Assembly: GCA_048013815.1 (NCBI GenBank)
Contig: CM106585.1
Span: 7,812,001 to 7,876,000, forward strand
Direction: 5' to 3'
From: Setoptus koraiensis
Lineage: Eukaryota; Animalia; Arthropoda
DNA: 64,000 nucleotides
Below the pieces are notes generated by a model. That model had not been told where the DNA came from and searched no databases. It worked only from the letters and a program-made list of their open reading frames with translations. Shown piece by piece: positions 1 to 11,491 of this stretch; positions within the stretch are counted from its first letter, which is position 1, and each line of letters starts with the position of its first letter. A program made the translations under genes and the position numbers.

Positions 1-43
1 TTGGGCAAAAAGTTTTGAGCAATATCATCATTGATCAACTTAC

Positions 44-1861
44 CCTCCATAATCTCTTGATGGACAAATCTTTTGTCTCCCAGAAATAGGTGAAATGTCC
101 GTAACCAGTTAGGAACAGATAAGAGGATAAAAGTACACGAATAAGCATATAGATGCGGACGTTCTTAGAGGCCCCAGACATGTTGTAGATGAGTATGACT
201 AATTGCATCCAACCCTTCCATTCGCTTGTTTGATTCCTATCCAATATAAAGCTGCTAGATGATGGTGCCGGTGTGGGCGCTTGAGAGTCGCCACTTGTTT
301 GATGGGCACCAGTTTGTTGTTGTTCTGTAAAAAATAAACCTAACGCAAACACATAGGTGATGGGCAGCAAAAAGTTTGCCAAAGTAAAGTATTTGTTTTC
401 TTTCATGAAGAAATTTGTTTGATCACAAATGAAAAAATATATAACAATTGCTCCTAGTTGGGCTAGTTGCATCACAAGATCACTGTCCAAGCCAGATGAA
501 CGTAAATAGCGAATTTCCGTTTGGTAATGAGAAGTGACATTTGGATAGTCACTAGCGCAGCTCTGATTTGTCACCACTATATTGGAGCCATCTGGTTCGT
601 CCAGCGGATTATTATCGCCCAATATTTCATTGTCGTCTATCAAACAAATGGAATCCTGTTGAGACAATTTATGCCAGCGCATGTTCGTTCTGGCAAATCG
701 AGTTTGCTTGGAATATCTATGTCGCACCATTATAAAACAGGCCATTAGCACTGATATTACAGCTACTGATAGAATAAACACTTGGACTGTATTGACTTGA
801 GGATTATCGCTACAACAAGTGCCTTCGAAATTGTTGATTGGATTACACACTAAATTCATTAGAATCTGAGCTTTATAGTCTAGTACCAGCTCATTAGAGT
901 GTATGCCATCTTTCTCAATACTATCAATTAGGCCCGATGCTATAGCTCTCGAGCTACTCCATATATGAACATTTTTGTTGCTTTTCAACGTCTTCAATAT
1001 GCTCTTAGTGGCATAGTTGAATTCATCAATTTGAGTATTGGTTATATTAGCATAAATCAGATCCTCTGATATGGGGTCTTGCAAAGCCCATAGTATCTTG
1101 GTACTTCTGGATGCCAACTCATCAATCATAGGTGTGAGACGGGTCAAATTTCGTTTGAATTGCACCAGGGTGTTTGAGTAAGCTAGATCATCATCGTTGA
1201 TAAATGCCATATTTCGCCTATTGTTACTTTTAGTTACTTTTAATTGTTCGTTATAGTAATTCCACAAGGCACTGCCCAGTACCAACAGTCTGGGATTCTT
1301 CTCTAGTTTGCTCTCTTGGTATCTCTGATTGCGACTAGCCAATATCCAATTGTTTATATTGTGAAATAGATCGTCTGACACTAAGGGTCTCCATAGGAAC
1401 TCAAATCTGATCATAAGTTTATCATCAATGTATAAATGATCCCTATGTAGGGTGGTGTCATTTATAAGACTTTGGGTTTGTGACGACAGGAATTTCGCTG
1501 ACGAAAGATGATGAGTTGAATATGATGAAGATTTCGTAAATAAATGATCTGTAATATATTTGTATAACTGTAACATTCTTGTATCTCCTGCTATCACAAT
1601 ATAGTTGACGTTTTCATACATGGCACCTGTTTCTTTGAGGCAAGATCTGGCATCTGTTTTGTTGTAAGTGTACATGAGGCATCCGTATGGTTGCCAATTT
1701 TGGTTGGCCACAAAATGGCCATGACTCAAAAGCCATTTGCACGAGTCTGTTGTATAACCTAGATGAAAGATAGAATGATATACTATGAGTATACCTATTA
1801 TGATAAGTACGGATCCCCTAACTTTGCTGATGGCGTGGGTCAGTAGGGCCTCCTCGCTCAT
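44..1861 (-). CDS. CASD1: CAS1-domain sialate/N-acetylneuraminate O-acetyltransferase, 5' exon; the gene continues beyond the window start
   Basis: N-terminal TM followed by GHF...WQPYGCLMY, IAGDTRMLQLY (GDS-like), DGIH (DxxH), ILMNLVCN...TCC, and the Cas1 TM-region motifs FFICDQTNFFMKENK, LDRNQTSEWKGWMQLVILIY and SSYLFLTGYGHF. The ORF's apparent end (RLWR|VS*) coincides with a GTAAGT donor at 43-38, so the true exon ends at 44. Confidence 0.93.
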
Positions 1862-2737
1862 TTTCGCGGAAAAACAAGAAGAAGAAGTGGTCTTCTACAC
1901 CAAGCAACAATACACTAAAGGGTGGCTGCAAGAGGATTCAATTTTCACAGCAAGCACTTGTTCTATTCGGTAAGAAATCACAAAAAAAGTCGAGATCCAC
2001 CCTTGAGAAAATGAACTGCGGAAGCTAGCGTGGCCTATGGAGTGATTCAAAATTAAGTCTTTCTGCGACCGCCCGTTATGATGACTAGGTACTGGATTTG
2101 TTGATCTATTATTTGCTATTTTGAGATTCTATAGTAATGGTGATAACATAAGTGAAGTAAGTAGGATAGTCATGTTTGTTGCATCGATGATGTGAGCGTG
2201 TTCCGTCTCGATTATTTAAGCTCTCTGAATCCGTTTGACGAGGGGTGTCACGTAGATCGAGGATATTCTTTTGTGTCTATAAGGAAACGCGTGCTTTTAC
2301 CAAGCCATCTTTCCGAAGCCTTGGTCACTCAACTCCTATGATGGTTTGCTCTTTGACTAAATTCTGTTTGAATGGGTCATTTCGGATATAATTTACATAT
2401 TTATCAGCTGGTGTATACCAGATTTACTGTAGAATGGTAAGTTTTAACCAGATAAACACCAACAACATGTCAACATGGCTTACCAGTTACCATGAGCTTT
2501 CTGCAGCATCAGCATCTAATCTGAGGGTTGCGCGCGGCGCGCTTTTTGAAGTGAAATTCTGGAATTTTTCGGAAATTCTTTCTTCCAATTCTTTTCCATC
2601 GATTCAAATGGCCCCATTCGATTGATGGTTGAACTCGTCATTTAGTCCATCATCACACCAGATTGAATGGAGTCAGGGCTTTATGGCCGGCAGAATAAAC
2701 CTTGAAAACTTTATTGTTGGATTTCTCCCTTGAATCA

Positions 2738-3681
2738 CTACTGAAGTTGCGCTATAGCTACAACGGAACGAACAAACAAATTGCGTAAATAGTTGTCGGC
2801 TAAATCAAGCAAATCAAATATTATGATTACAACTGACACTACCTGCTCTGTTTGAATCTTTTTTCCTAATGTCACAATGAGAACCATCACAAAAACACAA
2901 AACTGTTGAGTGATCACGACTTTTCTCAACAATGTCAACGGTTTAACTATTTCCTTCAGACAGGATCCGCCGCCCACCTCAAGGCAAAGCAACTTTCCAG
3001 TGTTGGTCACCATTTGGTTTTCGCAACAAGATTTTGGCAAGTAATTTTTCGCTGGATTAAAACGCCACCAATCTTTGTAACTATACAAACCACAGCAGTC
3101 ACCATTGTTTTGTATCCTGTCCCAAAGCTTGGTGGCCTCTTGTTTCTCAGTGAGACCAGTAGAGTTGTTCAAATTCCAATCTGTTATGTCATTCCAATCA
3201 TAAATTCTTGCCGCTCTATCTAGTTTCCGATAATATATGTGTATCCAGTCTTCTTCGTGAGGCAACCTCATCGGCGCAACAATAAGAAGGAAACTGGAGG
3301 AGATCACTATGGACCACCACTAGTGTTTGGAAGAAATATTTAAGCAAGATCAAAATAAATTAATTAGAATGATTGTGAGTAAAATTAAGTTCATTGGGTT
3401 AATATATGGTTAATTTTGTTATTTTATGATAAACTTACTATCGCCGATGTGCTGCTTCTATTACAGGTGTATGCAATACACAGTCCACCCCCCGGTAAAA
3501 GTAGCATGAATATGGTCCAAAATTTCATCGGGGCAATATATTCTGAAAGAGGTTCATTGTTGATTTCGGAATAATACACCTCAGCTTGTTCTAAGGAAGC
3601 GAGCCATTTTATATTTAAACAAAACACTATAAAACAGGCGATAGTTGACAACGGCTTGTAGATGGGTATTGGCAAAGACAT
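2738..3681 (-). CDS. Divergent tetraspanin-family protein; 2 exons (3681-3439, 3319-2738)
   Basis: Joining ORF 3424-3696 to ORF 2738-3307 through a phase-0 GTAAGT...TAG intron (3438-3320) gives four hydrophobic segments. The large loop carries CCG, PKSCC and two further Cys, the 6-Cys tetraspanin pattern. First ATG is at 3681. Confidence 0.75.
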
Positions 3682-5181
3682 TGGTCTGATATTCACTTGG
3701 CTTGGCTTGAGATTATGATTTTGTTTGATTTATTGCATTAAATTAAAACTTTGACTGTTCGGTTACATCAGTGTAAAATAGTTGTAAATTCCGCTATATT
3801 CAACGTAAGTTTCTAAATGTTTACAATGCTCACACACGCCTGATTGTTTGATGGTCTTAATCTTATTTGATTGGATGTTGATCATTCCTGTTGATATCTC
3901 TTCAGCAAAGATTGTAATCTTCATCTGTTGATTATCTAGGTTGCATTGATCCCGTCTGATTGCCAAGAAGTTTGCGCATCAACTGAAGACAAAACACGCA
4001 AACCCAGCTTATAACATAGTATCATCCATAATAAATGTTCAAAGGATGGAGGAAATTTCCACTCAAGTTTCAATGTAAGGCCCAAAGTGAGAGGGGTTTT
4101 GCATTTATAATGAAAAAATTCAAACACATTTGAGAGAAATAATTGTTATATGAGCATCACGGAATGACTCTATCGACACGTCCCTATCCCTGATACTACG
4201 CCCTCCTTTGCCGCTGTAGCCAGAGAACTATGGGTATTTCTGGTTCCAGCAGCTACCCGGTTACAACAATTCCGGTTGGTACAGCTCTCTCAATGGGGGT
4301 CAAATAATAGAGCAAAAAGAAAGTTGAAAACAGTGCTCAAGACATATATAAAATCGATCTCAGAAGGTGCCTTTCTCGGGTAATCGCACCGTATCACTCA
4401 AGGTATTATTCCGATAGGCTTGGGTAGTACCGTGCGATTATAGATTCGTCATTTGAACCCAAGGATGTATCATCTCGCAGATGATGTGACGAAAATTTAG
4501 CGTTTTAACATCGTCAATTTGTCATCAACTAAACGACTTGACATAATCTGAGAATGTAATTAGATTCGTCGAAATATACATGAGGATATGACAGTGCTAA
4601 AGACAAGTGTACAAGCTTGCAATCGCAAGCTTGTATGCTCAAAGCTGAATCTCTTCGATTATTTTCTTAGTTATCCTATCTTCTTGGGTTCAATATTTGG
4701 GTTGCAAAGCAACAGCTTCTTGTGGAACATTAAAAAGTCGACAGCAGACGACCTCAATTGATATTCAATTAGGTGATTCAATCTTTCGTCAGACAAAATC
4801 TCGTGCAGGATAAATCGATATTAATCGATGAATGTTACAGTCAGATCGATTTTTGCATGCTTGTATCGCGCGACTATTGCTGCGTGGTATATTCATTTGT
4901 CTTTATCTACATCTGTATGAGTCATTTCGTTTGTTTCATTTTTGCTGTATTACTAATTGAATTGACGGGAACAATTCCAATGAAGAGTTCTCATTAAGTA
5001 TGTAAACAACGAGAACGATTCGTGTTTTTAACAAGCTAGTAGCCATTGTAGATGAATATCTATTGGCATTTATCTCCTGATTGTCACCGTGTCGAAAACT
5101 CTTCATTCGAAGGTAATCTTCAAGAAATCACTTGTGCATTTAGAAACTCCTGCAGTGACCTGGTCCTTCCGGCTCTCTTGG

Positions 5182-6714
5182 TCATAGTGGCGCCACTATG
5201 GCTACTTTACACCAAGCAGCAAATGCGAAAAGTAAAAGATTCGCCCCTCCAATTGCCGCTGCTAAGCCCACATGATGAAGAACCCAAGCATGCAAAATAG
5301 TTGAACCGGTTGCTGCTGCTCCGGTCGTTGAACTACTAATCATGGTCGCGGCTGAGGCTCCAAATTGAACCTCACTTTCAGTATCTCGATCATCTCTCAG
5401 TAACGATCGCTTGAATGATTCATCGTTTACATTCACTCTCATATGATTTATCAACATTAACCGTTGTCCTATTTGCTTTATTAGCCACCCACCGAGGCCG
5501 TCCGTATACGTGTAACATCTCAGATCACTGTCTAGTTCATCAAACCTGTCCACTTGTCCATAAATGTGACCAACAAGTCTGATATCAGCCGGCTCGCTAT
5601 CCATATTGGAGTGATTGTCAATTGCCTTCCTGTCAATGTCTCTAATTATGTCGATGACGATCAATTGTTCGCCCTCATTTCTAATATCCTTATCAAGCTT
5701 CATTATCTGCTCTTGTTCCAAATCTAAATTTGCCCTGACCAATAGGACACTATGACAATATTGAATGGCCTTAATCCATTTCTGCACACGTTCATCCTCA
5801 TTCAGTGAGCTATCGACACTATTTGTCTCATCTCTAGCGAGAAAACCTCTCCAAGCTAATCTGGCTATAGTGTAGACTGAGTTTTGAGCATATTTATCGA
5901 TCAAGCGACAAGCCCGTTTTGTTTTAACAAATGCCTCAAACTTTTCTCCGTCATTTATAGTTATACCGATGAATAATGTAGCATCCGGTTCGGGTTTCAT
6001 CGAGTCTAACAATATTAAATTTTCCACTTTATTTAATAGTTCAGTTTTAGCGTTCAAAGCCAATTCTATTAGCCTATTCATGCCAAGTGGAAATTTTTTA
6101 TTTACGGTGGCGGACAATGGTGATGATTGTTGCCCATTGACACTCATTGTAACAGATTCGGTAATCAGATCTAGACTTGTGACTAAATCACTGTCGATGT
6201 TTTCAGCCGATTCAAGCTTTTTCGGAAGGGACCTCTTGCAAATGACCGACACCTGACCAACTAGTAAAGTGAAAAATCGAGCTAGTCTATGTTTTTGTTT
6301 GCTAGTGAAAAAGAGAATTTTGTTGTGGGCCACATTGTCTCGCATTCGTCTGTCAAAGGCCAACAATTGATCGGCAAACTGCGTCTGACAAACTGAATGA
6401 ATGTTAGAAATTTGATCAGTGATTTCTTTGAGCGCTTTAAGATCACCGTAACCGTCTACACTATGCATACATCTATTAAGTGTTGCGGTGTCCATTATTA
6501 CATCACCGTCCATCCATTTCCTGTCATTTTCGTCTCTTACAATTTTGTTAGCATAAAACTGAAACTCCTCTATGGTGGCAATGTTTCTGAAAATTTTTCT
6601 GCATTTTTCTTTAGTCCATTCTTCAGGTTCCGCAGCATTGGTTGTGGACAACAAGTTGATGCAGAACCAACAGATTAGGCAACCAAATATCAACGTCTCA
6701 TTAGAGTGTATCAT
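5182..6714 (-). CDS. Orphan secreted/surface protein (~510 aa); signal peptide, Cys-spaced helical body, S/T/A linker and C-terminal hydrophobic tail (GPI-anchor-like or TM)
   Basis: Long uninterrupted ORF. Met65 of the 574-aa ORF (nt 6714) starts MIHSNETLIFGCLICWFCINLLSTTNA, a signal-peptide pattern. It ends SSSTTGAAATGS...LLLFAFAAWCKVAIVAPL* with no cytoplasmic tail. No family recognised. Confidence 0.7.
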   Translation of the reverse strand: MIHSNETLIFGCLICWFCINLLSTTNAAEPEEWTKEKCRKIFRNIATIEEFQFYANKIVRDENDRKWMDGDVIMDTATLNRCMHSVDGYGDLKALKEITDQISNIHSVCQTQFADQLLAFDRRMRDNVAHNKILFFTSKQKHRLARFFTLLVGQVSVICKRSLPKKLESAENIDSDLVTSLDLITESVTMSVNGQQSSPLSATVNKKFPLGMNRLIELALNAKTELLNKVENLILLDSMKPEPDATLFIGITINDGEKFEAFVKTKRACRLIDKYAQNSVYTIARLAWRGFLARDETNSVDSSLNEDERVQKWIKAIQYCHSVLLVRANLDLEQEQIMKLDKDIRNEGEQLIVIDIIRDIDRKAIDNHSNMDSEPADIRLVGHIYGQVDRFDELDSDLRCYTYTDGLGGWLIKQIGQRLMLINHMRVNVNDESFKRSLLRDDRDTESEVQFGASAATMISSSTTGAAATGSTILHAWVLHHVGLAAAIGGANLLLFAFAAWCKVAIVAPL

Positions 6715-7823
6715 TTTTGTCTGCGAAAATCTTACTTTGAGCTGCGAACAGTCAGTTACACACTCGACTATATGAATATCCCACCGGGGTTCATACGACA
6801 GATATTGTGCCAAATTATTTCGGCGAGCAATGAGAAAGAATAAATCTGTCCCAGTTGTTTTAGTTTGAGCCTCTTTTCTGTCTGTAAAACAATTCTCCAA
6901 CATCATCTATTTTTGACTCGTGAGGCGCTATAAATAGTTCATGAGTTAATCACCTCGCAATAAAAAAAATGATTGTCATCAGCTGTATGAGGTCTACATG
7001 ATGAAATCACTCTCACAATTGGCCTAATGCATATGAATAAATGACACAACTATGTTTTAGCAAAATCAAGAGGGAAGATTGAAAAAAAACGAGAGCGACT
7101 TTCCGACTGGAGGCCAATGCAACTGTCCTGGGTTGTTATTGAAAACGAATGTCAAAATGGGTCGATGACTTGGTGTCCTCTCAGTCAGTGGACTGGGGGA
7201 GATCGTAGGTCGGGAAGGTTCTATTGATTTTCTACTGCCCAGTTCTCCCTCACTCTCCCATATCTTCAGAAAACTAAAGAAAAAGAAAAATTTCAGCTGG
7301 CAAGAAAAAAAGTGTTATATAAGAAATAGCGTGTAATGAAACAAACTATTTCAAAACATCGGGCAAATCAAAAAAAAGTATGCGGAGCGCATCCGAAACA
7401 GACGCTTCCGCTAAACTTACAACAGCCAAGCGATCAGTCATCGATATCTGATGCTTCGGATAACGATTCATTACAATTGGAATTTCAAAGCATGAGTTCC
7501 TCTGATAGGGATCTTCGTTCATATTTGTCGTCCTTTCATGAAGATGAGGAAGACATGACAGTCAGTCCACGGTCAGGTAAATTCTTAAAACTTTTTATAT
7601 GATATATTGGCTGATTCTGTTCATTTAAAATATTATTTCTCATTATAATTGAAAAATTCAATTAATCACCATCTAAATATAGGAACATGCAATATGAATA
7701 TTGAAGAATCAATTTATCAAATGAAAAATCCAATCGCATCATATCACTATAATTCTGGATTCGGTATAAAAGAAAAATATTTAAGATTCACCATAAACGT
7801 ATCTTAAAAATTTTTCTTTTATA

Positions 7824-8233
7824 CGTTTGAGCATAAAGAATGGGTTCTCGACTTTATCATCTACGGATGAGCTAAAATCAGCATTAAATGGAGGTATGAT
7901 ATCGTGATCGAATTGTCTCTCGAACCAATCATCCCTTTTTTTATCCTGAGATCTTATGAAAAATCCAATCGCATCATATCACTATAATTTTGGATTCGGT
8001 ATAAAAGAAAAATATTTAAGATTCACCATAAACGTATTTTAAAAATTTTTCTTTTATACCAAATCCAGAATTATAGTGATATGATGCGATTGGATTTTTC
8101 ATAAGATCGCAGGATAAAAAAAGGGATGATTGGTTCGAGAGACAATTCGATTATGATTTGATACCTCCATTTAATGCTGATTTAGTTCATCCGTAGATGA
8201 TAAAGTCGAGAACCCATTCTTTATGCTCAAACG
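7824..8233. repeat. ~410-bp palindrome (arms of ~195 bp, ~19-nt spacer) plus an upstream direct copy of its core (7721-7824 = 7956-8059)
   Basis: cgtttgagcataaagaatgggttctcgac... (7824) is the reverse complement of ...gtcgagaacccattctttatgctcaaacg (8233). The arms pair inward to 8019/8039 with only scattered mismatches. Confidence 0.95.
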
Positions 8234-9112
8234 GTCATCAATGCCAAATACAGGTCGACAATTGTATGATCGAGCTTCCGAAGATTGGGAATCGCAGTCT
8301 GATGAGATTAAGCGACTGACGATGCTTCCCCAATGTTTGAGGAATCTCTTTGATACTTCGCCTAACAATCCAATTATTCCATCAAATTTTCAATATTACT
8401 ATGCAAGATATATATGGACTCCACATTTATTTGTCCGGGCATTGAACCAATTGTTTCAAAAATGAACGGATGAAACTCTTCACAAACTTGAGTGTTCAAC
8501 TGTAGGATGTTGTAGCGTATGGTGCCACACTCAGATTCCATGTCACCATCTGATCCTCAAATCTAGAGATAATCTTTCACTGACAATGTTGTGAATGAAT
8601 GACCTAAATCATCTGTGACGACTGCCAATCTTTTGTACGTCCAATTAAATAATGGGGGTGGTGTCCAATCAGTCGTTATATTCAAATTCTAAGCTACTTG
8701 GAGTAGAAATCAATCATCTGACAATCATCTGGCTGTTGAAGCCGAAGGTTTTTGCTTCCAAGTAGAAAATATCGAACCTATCCATCCTCAATACCAAGGT
8801 AACATGTACGTGTATACAATTCACGTGTATGTAAGTAAGAAACTCTGGGTTATCTTCCAATACACGCCCGGACTTGCCCATAAGCACCCACGCCCGACTC
8901 GGGCGGGAGCCGGGTCGAGCCGCTACGAGCTCGCAACTCTAAACAAAAATGAAACAAGGACGAATTTGTATACCTCTGTCTTGTATCAAATTAAATAATC
9001 ACCACTGTCTATCTGTGGCATCCCCAGTGTTATTATTACTATTTTTCATACTATATATTTCCATTCACTTTTATTCGTTGAACCCTCCTTCCCCACACCA
9101 AGACTATATATA

Positions 9113-10468
9113 ATGATGAAAATCAATTATGATCACCTGTTCTCCAAGGGAGATCCAAACAAATTATTCACCGATTTAAGAGAGATAGACCATGGATCAT
9201 TTGGGGCGGTCTATTATGCCCAGGACAGCACCACAAAGGAGGTGGTGGCCATTAAGAAGATGTCATTCTCCGGCGAAAAATCCAACGAAAAATGGCAAGA
9301 TATCACGAGAGAAGTGGTGTTCTTAAGTAACCTCAATCATAAGAACATTATCATTTTCAAGGGATGCTACCTACAGAAGCACACGATCTGGCTAATCATG
9401 GAATATTGTTTAGGTTCCACATCGGACATTGTTGAGGTTCACAAGAAACCGTTGCGCGAAGAAGAAATATCAGCCATTTGCTTTGACGCATTAAACGGAT
9501 TACAATATTTACATAGTTTTGACTATATTCATCGTGATGTCAAAGCCGGTAATATATTGCTCACAGAGAATGGCACAGTCAAATTAGCCGACTTTGGCTC
9601 GGCCTCTATGACCTGTCCAGCTAATTCATTTGTGGGCAGTCCCTATTGGATAGCACCAGAATTAATATTGGCCATGGAGGAGGGCCAATACGATGTCAAA
9701 GTCGACATTTGGTCATTAGGTATAACTTGCATTGAATTAGCAGAAAGAAAACCGCCATATTTTAATATGAACGCAATGAGTGCCTTGTATCATATCGCAC
9801 AAAATGATTCACCCACTTTAAGTCAAACAAATATGTGGTCAGATAGGTTCCATCAATTTATTAGCTGTTGCTTGAGGAAGGATCCTGTGGAACGTTTTCA
9901 AGCAAGCGAATTATTGAAACAACCATTCATAACACATACTAAAAATCCACAAACAGTCATATTAGATCTTATTGATCGAACTAAAACTGCCGTTCGTGAG
10001 CTAGATAACATAAATTATCGTAAGATGAAAAAAATTCTCATGATGGAAAGTGGTAATGGTGAAACACCAAGTTCTAGCTCCTCTATTCTCGACGATGCCC
10101 TGTATGCCAATTTAGATGCAAGTTATAATGATCTCGAAATCAATCGAAGCAATAGCCTAGCAAGCTCACAAAGTCATCAAAGTGATGATACTGGTAGTCG
10201 TGGTAGTGATAACTCTTTGACTGTAAATTCTGCTTCCGTCAATCATCTGATGTATTGCGATCCTAATGGAGCGCCAATTGCCATGTCCAATAATCAGCCG
10301 TCTATGCCGAGAAACTACACAACAGAAAATAATGATGATTGTCGCCCGTTGACACTCATTGTAACAGATTCAATGATCAGATCTGAACTTGTGACTAAAT
10401 CACTATCTGTGTTTTCAGCCGATTCAAGCTTTTTCGGAAGTGACCTCTTGCAAATGACCGACACCTGA
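9113..10468 (+). CDS. Truncated, chimeric TAO kinase duplicate (kinase domain plus a novel 47-aa tail; no coiled coil)
   Basis: Paralogous to 13242-14550, including ~170 bp of upstream non-coding DNA (8940-9112 vs 13060-13241). It has two in-frame deletions (11 aa and 23 aa) and a P-loop GxG change to DHG. After 10325 the frame runs into sequence copied from 6115-6256. Confidence 0.8.
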   Translation: MMKINYDHLFSKGDPNKLFTDLREIDHGSFGAVYYAQDSTTKEVVAIKKMSFSGEKSNEKWQDITREVVFLSNLNHKNIIIFKGCYLQKHTIWLIMEYCLGSTSDIVEVHKKPLREEEISAICFDALNGLQYLHSFDYIHRDVKAGNILLTENGTVKLADFGSASMTCPANSFVGSPYWIAPELILAMEEGQYDVKVDIWSLGITCIELAERKPPYFNMNAMSALYHIAQNDSPTLSQTNMWSDRFHQFISCCLRKDPVERFQASELLKQPFITHTKNPQTVILDLIDRTKTAVRELDNINYRKMKKILMMESGNGETPSSSSSILDDALYANLDASYNDLEINRSNSLASSQSHQSDDTGSRGSDNSLTVNSASVNHLMYCDPNGAPIAMSNNQPSMPRNYTTENNDDCRPLTLIVTDSMIRSELVTKSLSVFSADSSFFGSDLLQMTDT

Positions 10469-10846
10469 CCAACTAGTAAAGTGAAAAATCGAGATAGTCT
10501 ATGTTCTTGTTTGCTAGTGAAAAAGAGAATTTTGTTGTGGGTCACATTGTCTCGCAAAAGCCAACAATTGTTGCGGAGTCCATTATTACATCACCGTCCA
10601 TCCATTTCCTTCGTCCCTTTTTCGTCAATTTAAACTGAATCTTAACTTGAGCCGCAATTAGTCGGTTACGCACTCGAACATATGAATATCCCACCGGGGT
10701 CCATACGATAGATATTGTGTCTAACTCGTTCGGCAAGCCATGCTAAGGCATCAATCTCTCCCAGTTGTTTTAGTTTGAGCCACTTTTCTGTGTGGAAAAC
10801 AATTCTGCGACATTATCTATTTTTGATTTGTGACGCTATAAATAGT
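10326..10846 (-). pseudogene. Internally deleted duplicate of the 5' half and upstream region of the orphan gene at 5182-6714
   Basis: Colinear similarity to 6115-6370, 6483-6570 and 6730-6940, with the intervening blocks (including the signal-peptide region) deleted. ORFs 10315-10557 and 10542-10736 reproduce that protein's peptides ([39 protein letters not shown]; RKWMDGDVIMD). Confidence 0.9.
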
Positions 10847-11005
10847 CGTCTGTCTCTCTACCTGTGGAATGGCAGATGCAACAAACAATGAACTGGCAAT
10901 AGTTGGGCCTTCATTAGGATGCGCACGTTATTTGTCTATTGTTTGCAACAAAAGTCATTTTTTGTCACAAGCAAATGAGACATTTCCAAAAGCCATTAAT
11001 AAAAA

Positions 11006-11491
11006 ATGTTGAACATTTCAATGCACAGACAGCTCGCCCTTCCGGCATTGATCTTGGTGGCCTGTATCGGCGCGATAAACTCTACCGTCAAAAGTAGGAG
11101 CCAAATAAACCATCCATGCTACAATGGTGATCATTTCGACGAATTTGACGAGTTCATTTCGACTGGACTAATGAGACCGTTGCTGCGACTCGTTGAGGCT
11201 AAACTAGAGACCGGACAAAGAGATATCGACTTGGAGGAGATCATTATGGGAAATGCTAACTTGGCGCCACGAAGGGGACTATTAATTGAAGATTGTAAAA
11301 AATTGAGCCAGTTGTATGGGATCATGTTGCGCGAAATCAAGCGTCATTGCAAGAAGCGAGGCATAGAAAAGTTGGAACATTTGAAGAATTCCAAGCCTCA
11401 TCTCGTTCTGGTTGCTGCCTGCTACGAATGGACAAACGAGCCCCACGAGAGGACAGCTCGACCGTTTCGCAAGCTCGTTCAGGCCGATTAG
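11006..11491 (+). CDS. Small orphan secreted protein (161 aa, 4 Cys in the mature region)
   Basis: Hydrophobic N-terminus (MHRQLALPALILVACIGAINS) followed by a soluble, helical-looking region. A TATAAATA lies at ~10837 upstream. No family recognised. Confidence 0.6.
   Translation: MLNISMHRQLALPALILVACIGAINSTVKSRSQINHPCYNGDHFDEFDEFISTGLMRPLLRLVEAKLETGQRDIDLEEIIMGNANLAPRRGLLIEDCKKLSQLYGIMLREIKRHCKKRGIEKLEHLKNSKPHLVLVAACYEWTNEPHERTARPFRKLVQAD

Noticed and set aside
1921-2700. Possible snoRNA/snRNA or ATG|GTAAGT micro-exon between CASD1 and the tetraspanin
   Set aside because: Isolated C/D-like words without terminal stems, and no match to snRNA sequences I know.
3763-5050. Short ORFs and stop-interrupted frames suggesting a pseudogene; 11-bp hairpin at 4610-4635
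   Set aside because: No homology recognisable by eye, and a hairpin of this size is expected by chance at low frequency.
8240-8800. Degenerate minus-strand reading frame or transposon relic, with a hAT-like TAGAGTTGC end at ~8940
   Set aside because: Multiple stops, no identifiable family and no partner terminal repeat found.
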